A stretch of DNA of 64,000 bases, taken from Sphyrna mokarran. Taxonomy: Eukaryota. The notes under the pieces were generated by a model. The model ran no database searches. It saw nothing but the letters and a program-made list of their open reading frames with translations, and had not been told where the DNA came from. Every line of letters begins with the position of its first letter. Within the stretch, counting starts at the first letter, position 1. Below, in pieces: positions 49,279 to 62,750 of the stretch. The stretch is from assembly GCA_024679065.1 (NCBI GenBank), contig JAGIQG010000048.1, forward strand, positions 62,001 through 126,000. Direction: 5' to 3'. The translations under genes were made by a program, and so were the position numbers.

Positions 49279-50127
49279 GTAAGAGACTCAAACAGAGGAC
49301 AAAAATCGATCATTCTGATGTTAATTGGAATTAGGGATCTATTAAAGTCGATACGACACATAGAACAACTTCATGCCGTTTTCTGCATTAGGACAATGCC
49401 TCCTTCAGAGTTTAATTAGGAAAAACAATTCCTTGTTATTCCTTCATGAGATGTGCATTTACTCCCCAAACCCGGGGGCACATAAATGTCAACCAGGTTG
49501 CTGTGAATCTGGAGTCACATGCATGCCAGGCCAGATAAAAACAGCAGGTTTATTTTGCTAAAGAGCATTTGTGAACTTGGAGGGGTTTGACAGCAATGGC
49601 TTCATGATAACCATTTCCATTTCGAATTATAGATGTTTATAAAATTCAAATTTCACATTTGCAATGATCAGATTTGAATCTGTGCCTCCAAAGTCTTGCC
49701 CAAGGTTACAAGTTCATTGACAACGCCATATATCACTGCCTCCCCTTGAAAGAGAGCCCCCTTCCGGTTTGAACTAATATAGTGAGCGAGGTGGCCTTGA
49801 TGTCAGCTTCTCCTGAGACAGCTGGTAAGGTTTGGAGAGACAGTAGGGGTCAGACTGTTTCACAGCTCAGAGCACAGGGGTAAAATATTGGAAAGTTTAT
49901 CCAATATTTTACCACCCTGTTTATAAACCAATGGTCGGTGTTTTTTCCCTGAGTTCAGGATGGTGTATTTGTTTGGGAATTCTGCAATGCTGATTCGTGG
50001 AAATGGTACCGCTGCTACAATATTTAATACAGGGAATCATTTCATAGAGCAAGCTGGTTTTCCATTCGCCATGGAAGTTGAAAGGCGATAGTTAGAGATC
50101 GATATATTGAAGGCAATCTCTCCTCGT

Positions 50128-50615
50128 AAGAACATAAGAAATAGGGCTGGACGGCCGACTCCTGCTCCTTCGAGCCTGCCCCACCATTCAATAAGATCAT
50201 GACTGAACTGAAGTGGATCAGTTCCACTTTCTCCCCAGAACCCTCAATTCCCTTGTCTATCAGAACCCCATCTACCCGTGAGTTAAATACATTCAGCGAG
50301 GGAGTCTCCACCACTTCAATGAGAATTCCAAAGATTCACCATCCTTTGAGTGAAGAAGTTCCTCCTCAACTCTGTTCTAAACAGCGGCCCCTCCTTATTT
50401 TGAGGCTGTGCCCCCTCTGGTTCTGGTTTCCTTTCTAAGTAGGAAGAATCTCTCTCCCTCTGCCCTATCCATCCCCTTCATTATCTTATGTCTCTATAAG
50501 ATTCCCCCCCCTCAACCTTCTGAACTCTAACAAGTACAGACCCAGTCTATTCAATCTCTCCCCATAGGCTAACCCCCCCCTTCATCTCCGGTATCAGCCT
50601 GCTCAACCTTCTCCT
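50128..50615 (-). mobile_element. CR1 LINE 3' fragment in the Cmu2-Cmu3 intron
   Basis: TAAGAACATAAGAAATAGG tail; same family as 11866-12587. Confidence 0.87.
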
Positions 50616-50683
50616 TCAGGATGAAGATTACTGTCCTGCTTCTGAAGAGGGAACTGGGGTTCATTTTCATTTCTCATTCACAG

Positions 50684-50992
50684 GTCCTGATCCGTGCCCT
50701 GATTCCACAGTGAAGATCCAGCCACCCCGAGTAGAGCAGGTCTTACTGGAGGCGACCGTGACTTTAACCTGCATCATTTCCAATGCTCCTTATGGAGTTA
50801 ACGTGTCCTGGATCCAAGAGGGGAAGTATGTGAAATCAGAGATTGCCGAAAAGCCAGGAACGAATCCTGACAGTGTGATCAGCAAATTAAACGCCTCGAC
50901 ACAAGCCTGGCTGAGCGCGGTTGTGTTTGAGTGCGTGGTGAGCCATCAGGACCTGCCGACTCCTTTAAGAACATCCATCCACAAGGAAACAG
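50684..50992 (+). CDS. IGHM: IgM constant exon Cmu3
   Basis: [15 protein letters not shown]...[10 protein letters not shown]...VSW...[13 protein letters not shown]...HKET; CACAG acceptor, GTGAG donor. Confidence 0.95.
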
Positions 50993-51009
50993 GTGAGCTG
51001 AGAGATTGA

Positions 51010-51605
51010 GACAATAATGTAGGGTCAATGGCAGCGTTCTGGGGAATGTGGAGGAACAGAGATCTTGGGGTTCATACCCACAGATCTCTGAAGGTTGCCA
51101 CTCAAGTGGATAGAGCCATGAAGAAGCTTCTAGTGTTAGTGTTTATTAACAGGGGGTTTGAGTTTCAGAGCCGTGGGGTTATGCTGCAACTGTACCAGAC
51201 CTTGGTGAGACCACATTTGGAATATTATGTTCAGTTCTGGTCACTGTGACCAGATAGAGGTTTATAGGATGATGAGGGGGATTGATAGAGTGGACGGGCA
51301 GAGACTATTTCCCCGGGTGGATGTAGCTGTTACTAGGGGGCATTAATTATTAGGTTCATGGTGGGAGATATAGGAGGGATGTCCGAGGTAGATTCTTCAC
51401 TCAGTGGTTGGGGTGTGGAATGCACTGCCTGCTGTGATAATGGAGTCGGACACTTTAGGAACTTTCAAGCGGTTATCGGATAGACACATGGAGCACACCG
51501 GAATGATAGGGAGTGGGATAGCTTGATCTTAAGTTGGGACATAGCTCGGTACAACATCGAGGGGCCGAAGGGCCTGTGCTATGCTGTCCTGGTCTATGTT
51601 TCTAT
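51010..51605 (+). mobile_element. CR1 LINE 3' fragment in the Cmu3-Cmu4 intron
   Basis: RDLGVH.HRSLKVATQVD...[17 protein letters not shown]. Confidence 0.88.
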
Positions 51606-52040
51606 ATAATTGCATCACTGTGTCTATCTCCAGTGGAAGTTTGCTGGTCAATAGTTAATATTCAGTGCATGAATGGTCTCGCCCCCAACTGGGCTGATGG
51701 ATATTTTTACGGGGAAGTTTGATGAATGAAAAAGTGAACTGAAGGCGATGTTATTGGGTTTAGATCGCAAAAGAAGTGAGGAGCCTGATGTGGAGCATAA
51801 AAACCAAAAACTAAAATGTGGACCAGTTGGGCTGAGTGGCCTGATTCTGGGCTGTAAACTTTCCAATCCGCTCCCCGCTCTGGGTTATTTGAGAAAACAA
51901 TTGTGCTCACCTCTCCTCCAAGCTGGAATTCAAAAATGGAAATAGTTAAAATCAACAGCCAAACACGTTTTCCTGATATCTAACCAGCATTCATTGTCTC
52001 CAGAATTCTCCAGTTTATTGACATTGTACATTTTCTGCAG

Positions 52041-52432
52041 ATCCAAACCCACGGGAACCGTTGGTCTCTGTCCTCCTGCCCTCGGCAGAAGAAGTCTCCG
52101 CTCACAGATTCGTCTCCCCCAGCTGCTTAGTGAGACGTTTCTCCCCCCGAGAGATCTTCGTCAAGTGGACCGTCAACGACAAGCCGGTGAATCCCGGGAA
52201 CTACAGGAACACCGAGGTGGTGGCGGAGAACGGCAATAACTCCTTCTTCATGTACAGCCTGTTATCCATCGCAGCAGAGGAATGGTCCAGCGGTGCTTCT
52301 TACTCCTGTGTGGTGGGACATGAAGCCATCCCCTTGAAGATCATCAACAGAACAGTTGACAAATCCAGCGGTAAACCCAGTTTTGTGAACATTTCTCTTG
52401 CACTGATGGACACTGTTAATTCCTGTCAATGA
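52041..52432 (+). CDS. IGHM: IgM constant exon Cmu4 plus secretory tailpiece (internal donor for the membrane form at 52371)
   Basis: DPNPREP...SCLV..FSP...KW...[11 protein letters not shown]...VDKSS|[20 protein letters not shown]; tailpiece N-x-S sequon and penultimate Cys; G|GTAAA donor. Confidence 0.96.
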
Positions 52433-52459
52433 GAATCACTCACTTCCATTAAAAACTTC

Positions 52460-52474
52460 AATAAAAATAATAAA
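52460..52474 (+). terminator. Polyadenylation signals for secreted mu mRNA
   Basis: AATAAA at 52460 and 52469, about 30 nt after the stop. Confidence 0.8.
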
Positions 52475-53469
52475 AACATTTTCCTCTAACGAGAAATGAA
52501 ATACCCAATTGTTTAATTGGTTTTTTTTCAGTTCCATTAAGTATCTTTGATTTGAGTCAAATATTCTCAGGTCTTGGACCTAAAATTGCTGAACCAGGGC
52601 TCCCAACGGGTTAGGGTTAGAGTAGAGCACGTTCATTGCAAAATATCTTCACTGACTTTCCTCCAGCTGAGGAAAAGATAATTTCAACATTTCTGACAAA
52701 CACATTTTGACCTCTGTGTGTCCCTGCTTCTCTCATTGTCCATGTCTTTAATTTAGATGTCAGCTTTAAACTGCTGCACCAAACCCACTGGGAACTGAAG
52801 TGAGGGTCACACACAAAGACATGGAGAAATCATCACCCTCCCCATCGGATTGAGGGAGAGTGAAATTGTTAACATCCTAGATTCCCACTAACCCAGCAAA
52901 GAGAGGGGAGGAGCAGCAGCTAACCCATGCACCACAACTTCCTCAATGAAAAGGGGGGGAATGTCATTATTTAATTCACTCTCCCTCCACCTCCTCAATG
53001 GTTAGAACCATCAGAGAGAAGTAAACTCTGAGCTCTCTCTCCCGTGTTTGGAAGGGAACGACTGTCTGCTACAAGGACCCAGTTGCCAACAGTACAAATT
53101 CGTTAATTTCTTACAGATGTTGAAGTATCATTATCTTAACCATTGTAATACATACATATGCAACATAATTCAAAACTATTTCAACACTGTTCCTGCTAAT
53201 CATGTGCTGGCATTGATTTTCCCGTAATACAAATTTAAACAGGTAATAGAATCCTCCCCGGTTTTCACTGTTCTGTCCCTGACATCCATCAATGAATTAT
53301 TTCATTCACTCTCCTGACAACACCCTCACACAGTACATTTATAGAGTACATTATAAAGTACATTTATACAGCACAACTCTGAAAATATGCTCCATTATTC
53401 AGGTTCTCTGGATCACATTCATTTAACGATTGTTGGTAAAACTTGGTGCAACAGTTTAAAAAATACACA

Positions 53470-55560
53470 CACTGCTAATGCTGCAGAAAACTGTCAGAAT
53501 TATAAATACACACATGGGCGTGCTGACACACTCACAAACACACTCGCATACAGACACACGCATACTCACACTGACACACACACACACACATACAGACACA
53601 TGGACACAATTGCACAAATATACACACAAATACACATGCACACAAATATAGGACATAAATATACACACAAACCCATACACATAGCCTCACACACAGAAAT
53701 ATGGACAGGCACATTCAAATACAGACACATTTACACAAATACACAACACACACGAATACGTACGCAAAAAGCACAGATAAATTCATAAATACAAATGCAC
53801 ATTCACGGACCATAAGTACACACAATTTCTGTACAAACACTCACGGTACCACAAATACACTAATGGACCACATCTACAAACAAAAATACATCCATACACA
53901 AATACTCTCTCTTTCTCTCGCTCTCGGTCTCTCTCTGTCCCACACGCACCATGTACACACACCCACACATATACAGAACACACAGGCATACACCCACACA
54001 GATAGAACATTACAGCGCAGGAGAGGCTGTTCGCCCTTCGATGTTGCTCCAACCAATTAGAAAAAAGCAGTGACCCTCTAACCTAAACCATTCCCTTTTC
54101 ATCCATCAACTTATCCACTAACCTCTTAAACGCCACCAAACTTGGCGCATCTACAACTGCAGCAGGCAGGGCATTCCATACCCTTAACACCCTCTGGGTA
54201 AAGAACCTACCTCTGACATCCGTCCTATAACTACCACCCCTTAATTTAAAGCAATGTCCCCTCGTGCTAGCTTTCTCCATCCTAGGAAAAAGGCTATCAC
54301 TGTCCACCCTATCTAACCCTCTAATCATCTTATATGCTTCAATAAGATCCCCTCTTAGCCGCCTCCTTTCTAACGAAAACAAACTCAAATCCTTCAACCT
54401 CTCTTCATAGGACCTGCCCTCCATACCAGGCAACATCCTGGTAAACCTCCTCTGTAACCTCTCCAATGCCTCCACATCTTTCTTATAATGTGGGGACCAG
54501 AACTGCACACAATACTCCAAGTGCGGCCACACTAGAGTTTTGTACAGTTGCAACATGACTTTGCGGCTCCGAAATTCAATCCCCCTACCAATAAAAGCTA
54601 AGACTCTGTATGCCTTCTTAACAACCTTATCGACTTGATTGCCAACTTTCATGGATCTATGCACATATACACCAAGATCCCTCTGTTCATCAACACTATT
54701 AAGAGTCCTACCATTAGCCCTATACTCTACACATTTTAGACAGGTACTTGTACAAGAAAGCACAAAAAAATGCACACAAATTATCAAATATGTACAAACA
54801 CATGCAGAAACACATACAAACACACAAGTACACACACACCTGAACATATGTGACAGGGTACACAGACCTGAACGCAAACACATGTATGCACACGTGCTAT
54901 ACGAACAGATAACATTGATGCAGATCCAAAACATACAAACACATGCATGCACTCAAACAAATACATATTCTCACACGTTCACGCTGAAATGATATGAATA
55001 GAGACCCACAATGTTATACATATTATCACTTATACGGGGAGATACAGATAACAATATTAACACACTGCAAATAGATGAACAGAGAGCATATAGATGAACA
55101 AACGCAAACACGTGGATGCAAACATTCACATGCTCATACAGAACACCACAGCACACAATACTACACATGGAAACATATACATACACTGACACATCGCTAT
55201 AAATAACTAACAACATGGCTATACATGCAGTAACATGTTAACAGATACACGAAGGAACAAACACACAGAAAGGGACGGAAACGTTACTCGACTGACAGAA
55301 ATTAACACGTTGAAAAAGGCAGAGACACGTGCACACATTAAGAGAGACGTTAATAAATGCACAGAGACTTCACACAGTAATAATCATTTTTATCCACAAT
55401 ATCTGGAGAACAAAACATACAACCAAAAACAGCAACTACACAAATCAACAAACACAGGCAAATGAACAATTTCATTAACACTCACACACACATTTAACTC
55501 AGGACCAAAGATTAATGTAGCTCAGAAAGTGTTCTCACACACACACACACACACACAAAC
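53470..55560. repeat. Degenerate (CA)n-rich tract interrupted by a CR1 insertion
   Basis: Imperfect ACAC runs on either side of 54001-54735. Confidence 0.85.
54001..54735 (-). mobile_element. 5'-truncated CR1 LINE with an uninterrupted ORF2 C-terminus
   Basis: KCVEYRANG...[15 protein letters not shown]...WNALPAAVV...DEKGMV*, over 200 codons open; same subfamily as 10550-11611. Confidence 0.95.
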
Positions 55561-56120
55561 AATCTTAAATACAAGCGGCAGGCAAATGATGAAAGTAACA
55601 TTTAAATGTGAATTTTAATGGTCATATCCACCCACAACTATCCTGATGCACAACGCACCGCCAAACACGTTGAGAAACTGAATTGAGCTCATGATTTACT
55701 AAACAAACCCACCGTAAATAAACAAAGATCGGAAATTATATCCCAACTCTTAAACAGCAGCATTCACAGTTACAGATCTGACACCGTCTGTGAGAACAAT
55801 CATCAGTTTCTCCATATCAATCATAACATTCTTCAATAAGGGATACTGGCAAATAGTTCAAAATGAACTGATTCTCAAGGGAACATCTTCAGTGCTTCCT
55901 GACACAAACAGTCCCAGGAATGTACATAAGGATCAGGCATGAAAATATTTACAGAGATCGGTTACTCAGTGTCCTGAACTTAATGGTAAACATACATTGA
56001 AAACTATACAAGAGACCGAATGAACGGTTTATGAAGGAGAACAGGGAACAGAAAAATAACAATAACATTCCCGGGATAAATAAAGTAATCTAATTTCAAT
56101 TTCTGGTCTCCGTCCCCTAG

Positions 56121-56248
56121 ACCCCACCGACCGCACCTGGATTGAAGACAATGAGGACGATAACAGCAACCTCTGGACAACCGCTTCCACATTCATTGTC
56201 CTGTTCTTCCTGAGCATTTTCTACAGCACCGCAGTCACTCTGGTGAAG
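56121..56248 (+). CDS. IGHM: IgM transmembrane exon TM1
   Basis: DPTDRTWIEDNEDDNSNLWTTASTFIVLFFLSIFYSTAVTLVK (acidic spacer plus CART motif); CCCCTAG acceptor, GTGAG donor. Confidence 0.96.
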
Positions 56249-56388
56249 GTGAGATGGTTCAGTTCACTCACATTTCAAACTGGCAGAACGGATTTGACAG
56301 ATCTCTCAATGTTTCACTAATTAAAAACTGTAACATTAATGTCCCGCATCACAAACATCTTCTTCATTATTGTCTCTTTATTTTACAG

Positions 56389-56397
56389 ATCAAATGA
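56389..56397 (+). CDS. IGHM: IgM exon TM2 (IK*), giving a KIK cytoplasmic tail
   Basis: TTTTACAG|ATC AAA TGA, 140 bp after TM1. Confidence 0.9.
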   Translation: MK

Positions 56398-56841
56398 TGG
56401 GTTGAATTTTGGAAACTGCAGATTTCCCTCAGCTGATGATCAACACCTCTGTATGGCTCATATACAATATCTGCTCTTGGTGAATCTATCAGTAAAATTC
56501 TCTCAGTTTATCATTCTGAATCTGAGGCAATCATAGAGCTTATTTCAGTTTTATTTGTGAAATATACCAGTTTTTTTTGTTATAATGTAATTGTGGTTAA
56601 TAGTTTCCCTCTAGTTTAAAGATCATGTATAAATAAGAAACTTTTCTCATTCCTTATTCATGTTTGTTAATTCCTCTTTCTATTACGGTCCTGTTTTCTC
56701 TTTCTGGTGTATGTAACAGATGTACAAATATTGATGGATTCCCTGGACGTGTTCTGTTCTTAGTGTGAAGCTCGATCGCTCTGTTCACTTTTCTAACTTT
56801 AAAAAAAATAATTTCGCTGTAAAATATTCTCTGAATTTTTA

Positions 56842-56858
56842 AATAAATTTTGAATAAA
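56842..56858 (+). terminator. Probable polyadenylation signals for membrane mu mRNA
   Basis: AATAAA at 56842 and 56853 after an AT-rich 3' UTR. Confidence 0.6.
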
Positions 56859-58179
56859 AATTTAACTATCTCTGGTTTGCCTTAATTCCGTTCTGCTAAA
56901 CCCATCCACTCCGTTCCATTTCCCTATTATATGGTTTTCCCCCCCTTTCCCAGACAGGAATATTCCCCCCAGTTATGTGTGGGATGTGATTGAACTCAAA
57001 ACCCTTTAGCCACTGCGCCGTCCAGTGACTCATCGGTGTAAAGACACCTTCATCTCTGCCTTTTTAATAAGAAAATGCAGGGACGGAATGAATTAAGAAT
57101 GAGGAGAACCTCAGTCATTTCACTCATAAACTGGTCTGTCACTGACAGAGTTTCAGGTAATTCTAAACAGCAAAAGGCTCTGCTTCCTCAGAGGTCGATG
57201 CAGGAGAGTGTGCGGCAGAAGATAATTTCCTTCACACTGCCCCAGTAAAACACCAGCAGTGTCGCTGCAGCGTGGGTTAACAGAATTTCTCAATATATCC
57301 TCCGATTGAATACTTCCAAGGCAGTCATAACATCTAACATCTACAATCTAACATCTACAATCAAAAACTAATCAATTACAGTCAAAAACTAATCAATTAT
57401 CGATTTCCATACCGATCATTCCCGCCTCATATTAGTTTAAAATCAATTACACTCCACCATTCAATCGTGATGGGTTTCTCATTCCTATTTTCCTGCCCTC
57501 TCTACATAACCCAAGATCACTTTCTTGACCAAGAACCTATTTAACTCTGTCTGAAAGACACCCAGTGACCTGACTCCCCCACAGGTCTCTGCGGCGATGA
57601 GTTCCACAGATTCAGCACCACCCCCTCCTCCCCCCCACCCCCACGTGAAGGAATTCCGCCTCAGCTCATAGAATTCCTACAGTCCAGAAGGAGGATATTC
57701 AGCCCATCAACAGCGAGGAGGAATATTCCCACAAGATGCTGGAAGTGATTGCAGTAAACAAAATTGAAAAGTGTAAATGTAGACAATTTTTTTGTATGCA
57801 CAATCAAGAGTTGCATATCAAATGTATAGCTTGAAGAGATGGTAGATTTAAATCAGAGATGAGGAGCATCTCTGCTTCTCACAGAGGATGGTGAATTTGT
57901 AGAATGCATTGCCCCATAGCGCTGTGGAGTTTCAATCATTAAATGATTTTTGAAGAAGGAGACGTATATATTCCTGAGAGTAAGAGGGACGAGGTGATAT
58001 TGGAACAGGTGGGGAGATGGATTTGAGACCTGGGAGAGATCAGTCATGAACTGATTACAAAGAACAACACAGCACGGGAAACAGGCCCTTCAGCCCAACG
58101 AGCCCACGCTGCCACCCCGATGTTCCCACCTCTACCCGTGATCCCTGTCTATGTTTATAGATCTATTGATTACAAACCA

Positions 58180-58320
58180 AATTTGAGACAATTTAGGGAG
58201 AATTTGTTTTGCCCATTAGCCTAAGAGCACATCTTTGGGATGTGGGAGGAAACCGGAGCACCCGGAGAAAACCCACACAAGCACGGGGAGAATGTGCAAA
58301 CTCCCACAGACACAGGGCCC
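58180..58320 (-). mobile_element. HE1/V-type SINE fragment
   Basis: TGTGGGAGGAAACCGGAGCACCCGGAGAAAACCCAC core. Confidence 0.8.
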
Positions 58321-59642
58321 AAATCCATGTATCTGCACAGCACAGCGATAGTCACTGAGCTGTTGTGTTGCCCATCAAACGGTCCAGGTCAAGCAATTTG
58401 CAGTGTTTGTTTTGTAGATCAGAGTGAGTTAGGGGCTGGAAATGCGCTGAAGTCACAAATTATAAGAAGGAGCTGTATTTAAATGTACAGAGAACATAAC
58501 AGAGAGACTGGGTTCAGCTGGATTTCTGAAGGGACTGAGGAAAAAGATGTGAGTTTAAAAAAAAATGGAAAATTCAGCGTAAACGAGATTTGTGTCCCAT
58601 TATACTGAACAATTATTTAATAAATCTGGATGAGAAAATAGAGAAATCTTTCAAACAATACAAGGTAAGCTTATAAAATAATTAGTTGGCAATCGACATA
58701 TTTACTGGTGGGAAGAGGAATATGAATGCAAGTACATTTTCCCTGTGAATATTACTGACAGAGAGATTAATGCAGTTGCTTTACTAATTGTTTGCTTTCT
58801 GGGGAAAGAGGGAAATAAAATTTCCCCCAAATCCCTCCTCAAACCTGCTTCACTATCTTGTGATTAGACTGGTACAGCACCACCATCTGGTGGCGGCCCA
58901 CTGTAACTGCAGGCGCTGCTGTTCGTGGGTCTCAGAGAAGGTCAGTCACTCGCTGGGAACATCTGCAAAACCTGGGGCTAAAATGGGAATATTGAACGAT
59001 ATTGTCCGGGATTGGAGTTTCCAGGAGGAGGAGGAGGAATTCGCCCTTTGTTTTATAACCAGACACCGCACATAAATCGTGTTCTTCATTCCCCACAGGG
59101 GGATATTGTCTGGAGATTGCAGTTGGGATTATTTCAGACTGCAAATTGTACATTCCATGCAGTTCTCAAATGTTCATCAGCTTCAGAATATTAGTGGGGA
59201 AACTTTTCTGTCCTCTGTACTTCGTTTGTCAGACGTTTTCAAGGACTTCTCTTACAAGGGCACAAAAGCAGAGACATTTACAAGGGACACACAAACACAC
59301 ACACACACATATATAAACACACACCACACACACACACATACGTACACACTACACACATATATACCCACTCACTCACTCTCTCTCACACACACACACAGAC
59401 ACAGATACACATACATATAAACACACACACACTTACAGTTCGGTACACACAGGTCCTGGAACACTCAGAGTTAGCGGACACACAAATACATAAGCACACA
59501 CACACACACACACACAGGTACAGGGGTATACAGAGCTACAGGGGGCATATACTGATTCAGGGCTACATGTCAATGCAGGGGCACACAAAGATTCAGGCGA
59601 GCACACACACAGATACTGGAAATTACAAAGTTAGAAGGGCAC

Positions 59643-61512
59643 ACACAGAATCAGGGGTATACAAACAGTGAAACTGGAGTGTACACAGATACAAAGGTAC
59701 ACAGAATCAGGGGTATACAAACAGTGAAACTGGAGCATATACAGATACAAAGGTACACAGAATCAGGGGTATACAAACAGTGAAACTGGGGCATATACAG
59801 ATACAAAGGTACACAGAATCAGGGTATACAAACAGTGAAACTGGAGTATACACAGATACAAAGGTACACACAGAATCAGGGGTATACAAACAGTGAAACT
59901 GGAGTGTACACAGATACAAAGGAACACAGAATCAGGGGTATACAAACAGTGAAACTGGGGCATACACAGATACAAAGGTACACAGAATCAGGGGTATACA
60001 AACAGTGAAACTGGGGCATACACAGATACAAAGGTACACAGAATCAGGGTATACAAACAGTGAAACTGGAGTATACACAGATACAAAGGTACACACAGAA
60101 TCAGGGGTATACAAACAGTGAAACTGGAGTGTACACAGATACAAAGGTACACAGAATCAGGGGTATACAATCAGTGAAACTGGAGCGTACACAGATACAA
60201 AGGTACACAGAATCAGGGTATACAAACAGTGAAACTGGAGTATACACAGATACAAAGGTACACACAGAATCAGGGGTATACAATCAGTGAAACTGGAGCG
60301 TACACAGATACAAAGGGTACACAGAATCAGGGGTATACAAACAGTGAAACTGGAGCGTACACAGATACAAATGTACACAGAATCAGGGGTATACAAACAG
60401 TGAAACTGGGGCGTACACAGATACAAAGGTACACAGAATCAGGGGTATACAAACAGTGAAACTGGAGTATACACAGATACAAAGGTACACAGAATCAGGG
60501 GTATACAAACAGTGAAACTGGAGTATACATAGATACAAGGGTACACACAGAATCCGGGGTATACAAACAGTGAAACTGGAGTGTACACATATACAAAGGT
60601 ACACAGAATCCGGGGTATACAAACAGTGAAACTGGAGTATACGCTGATACAAAGGTACACAGAATCAGGGGTATACAAACAGTGAAACTGGAGTATACAC
60701 AGATACAAAGGGTACACAGAATCAGGGGTATACAAACAGTGAAACTGGAGCATACACATATACAAAGGTACACAGAATCAGGGGTATACAAACAGTGAAA
60801 CTGGGGCATACACAGATACAAAGGTACACAGAATCCGGGGTATACAAACAGTGAAACTGGAGCGTACACAGATACAAATGTACACAGAATCAGGGGTATA
60901 CAAACAGTGAAACTGGGGCGTACACAGATACAAAGGTACACAGAATCAGGGGTATACAAACAGTGAAACTGGAGTATACACAGATACAAGGGTACACACA
61001 GAATCCGGGGTATACAAACAGTGAAACTGGAGTATACACATATACAAAGGTACACAGAATCCGGGGTATACAAACAGTGAAACTGGAGTATACACAGATA
61101 CAAAGGTACACAGAATCAGGGGTATACAAACAGTGAAACTGGAGTATACACAGATACAAAGGTACACAGAATCGGGGGTATACAAACACTGAAACTGGAG
61201 TGTACACAGATACAAAGGTACACAGAATCAGGGGTATACAAACAGTGAAACTGGTGTGTACACAGGTACAAAGGTACACAGAATCAGGGGTATACAAACA
61301 GTGAAACTGGGGCATACACAGATACAAAGGTACACAGAATCAGGGATATACAAACAGTGAAACTGGAGCATACACAGATACAAAGGTACACAGAATCAGG
61401 GGTATACAAACAGTGAAACTGGAGTATACACAGATACAAAGGTACACAGAATGAGGGGTATACAAACAGTGAAACTGGGGCATACACAGATACAAGGGTA
61501 CACACAGAATCA
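59643..61512 (+). repeat. 56-bp minisatellite array, about 33 units
   Basis: Unit CACAGAATCAGGGGTATACAAACAGTGAAACTGGAGTATACACAGATACAAAGGTA with 55-58 bp variants. Confidence 0.95.
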
Positions 61513-62401
61513 GGAGCATATACAATCTCTCAGCTTGTACACTGCCAAACTCTCCCTCGTAGTTCCAGACTTTTCAATGAGATCCCATCTCATTATTCCA
61601 AACCCCAGAGAGAACCGTGTCATGGTATTAAATCCCTTTTCCGAGGGTAACTGCCTCGCACAGTAATCAATCCAGTGAACCTTGGTTACACAGACAGTGA
61701 GAGCTTAGAGGGAAATAAGAGGAAAATTGGGAAAGGAGATCTAGGCACAGAGAGAGTGAAATAGACTGAGGCTGATACACAGAAGCAAGGAGAGACAGGT
61801 ATAGACAGGGAATGGAGCAGTCAGCCATATCACGTGAATGAAACACAGCAGACATACAACCAGGGGCTGGATCCCACAGGCACTGGCTCCTCTGAATTGT
61901 CAATTAGGGGTAAAGAGAATGTGAACGAGCAGAGCCAACTTCTACAAACACCTTAAATTAATTGTGTTGATGGATTCTCTGCATTGTCAGGTTCTCAAAC
62001 TAAAGCCTAATTAAACTCACCCTGAGGAGCCAGTGCCTGTGGGATCCAGCCCCTGGTTGTATGTCTGCTGTGTTTCATTCACGTGATATGGCTGACTGCT
62101 CCATTCCCTGTCTATACCTGTCTCTCCTTGCTTCTGTGTATCAGCCTCAGTCTATTTCACTCTCTCTGTGCCTAGATCTCCTTTCCCAATTTTCCTCTTA
62201 TTTCCCTCTAAGCTCTCACTGTCTGTGTAACCAAGGTTCACTGGATTGATTACTGTGCGAGGCAGTTACCCTCGGAAAAGGGATTTAATACCATGACACG
62301 GTTCTCTCTGGGGTTTGGAATAATGAGATGGGATCTCATTGAAAAGTCTGGAACTACGAGGGAGAGTTTGGCAGTGTGCAAGCTGAGAGATTGTATATGC
62401 T

Positions 62402-62750
62402 CCTGATTCTGTGTGTACCCTTGTATCTGTGTACACTCCAGTTTCACTGTTTGTATACCCCTGATTCTGTGTACCTTTGTATCTGTGTACACTCCAGTTT
62501 CACTGTTTGTATACCCCTGATTCTGTGTACCTTTGTACCTGTGTACGCTCCAGTTTCACTGTTTGTATACCCCGGATTCTGTGTACCTTTGTACCTGTAT
62601 ATGCCCCAGTTTCACTGTTTGTATACCCCTGATTCTGTGTACCTTTGTACCTGTGTACACTCCAGTTTCACTGTTTGTATACCCCTGATTCTGTGTACCT
62701 TTGTATCTGTATGTGCCCCAGTTTCACTGTCTGTATACCGCGATTCTGCG
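62402..62750 (-). repeat. Inverted copy of the 56-bp minisatellite, about 6 units
   Basis: Reverse-complement units CTGATTCTGTGTACCTTTGTATCTGTGTACACTCCAGTTTCACTGTTTGTATACCC. Confidence 0.93.

Noticed and set aside
54083-54952. 289-aa ORF, the longest in the window, as a host gene
   Set aside because: CR1 ORF2 C-terminus read through from (TG)n sequence; 5'-truncated and lacking the RT core and endonuclease
57331-57400. Short tandem duplications (ATCTAACATCTACA x2; TCAAAAACTAATCAATTA x2)
   Set aside because: Ordinary slippage repeats with no further structure
59643-61512. CACAG/ACAGTG/ACAAA words in the satellite as an array of cryptic RSS
   Set aside because: No CAC-starting heptamer sits 12 or 23 nt from a credible nonamer in the unit
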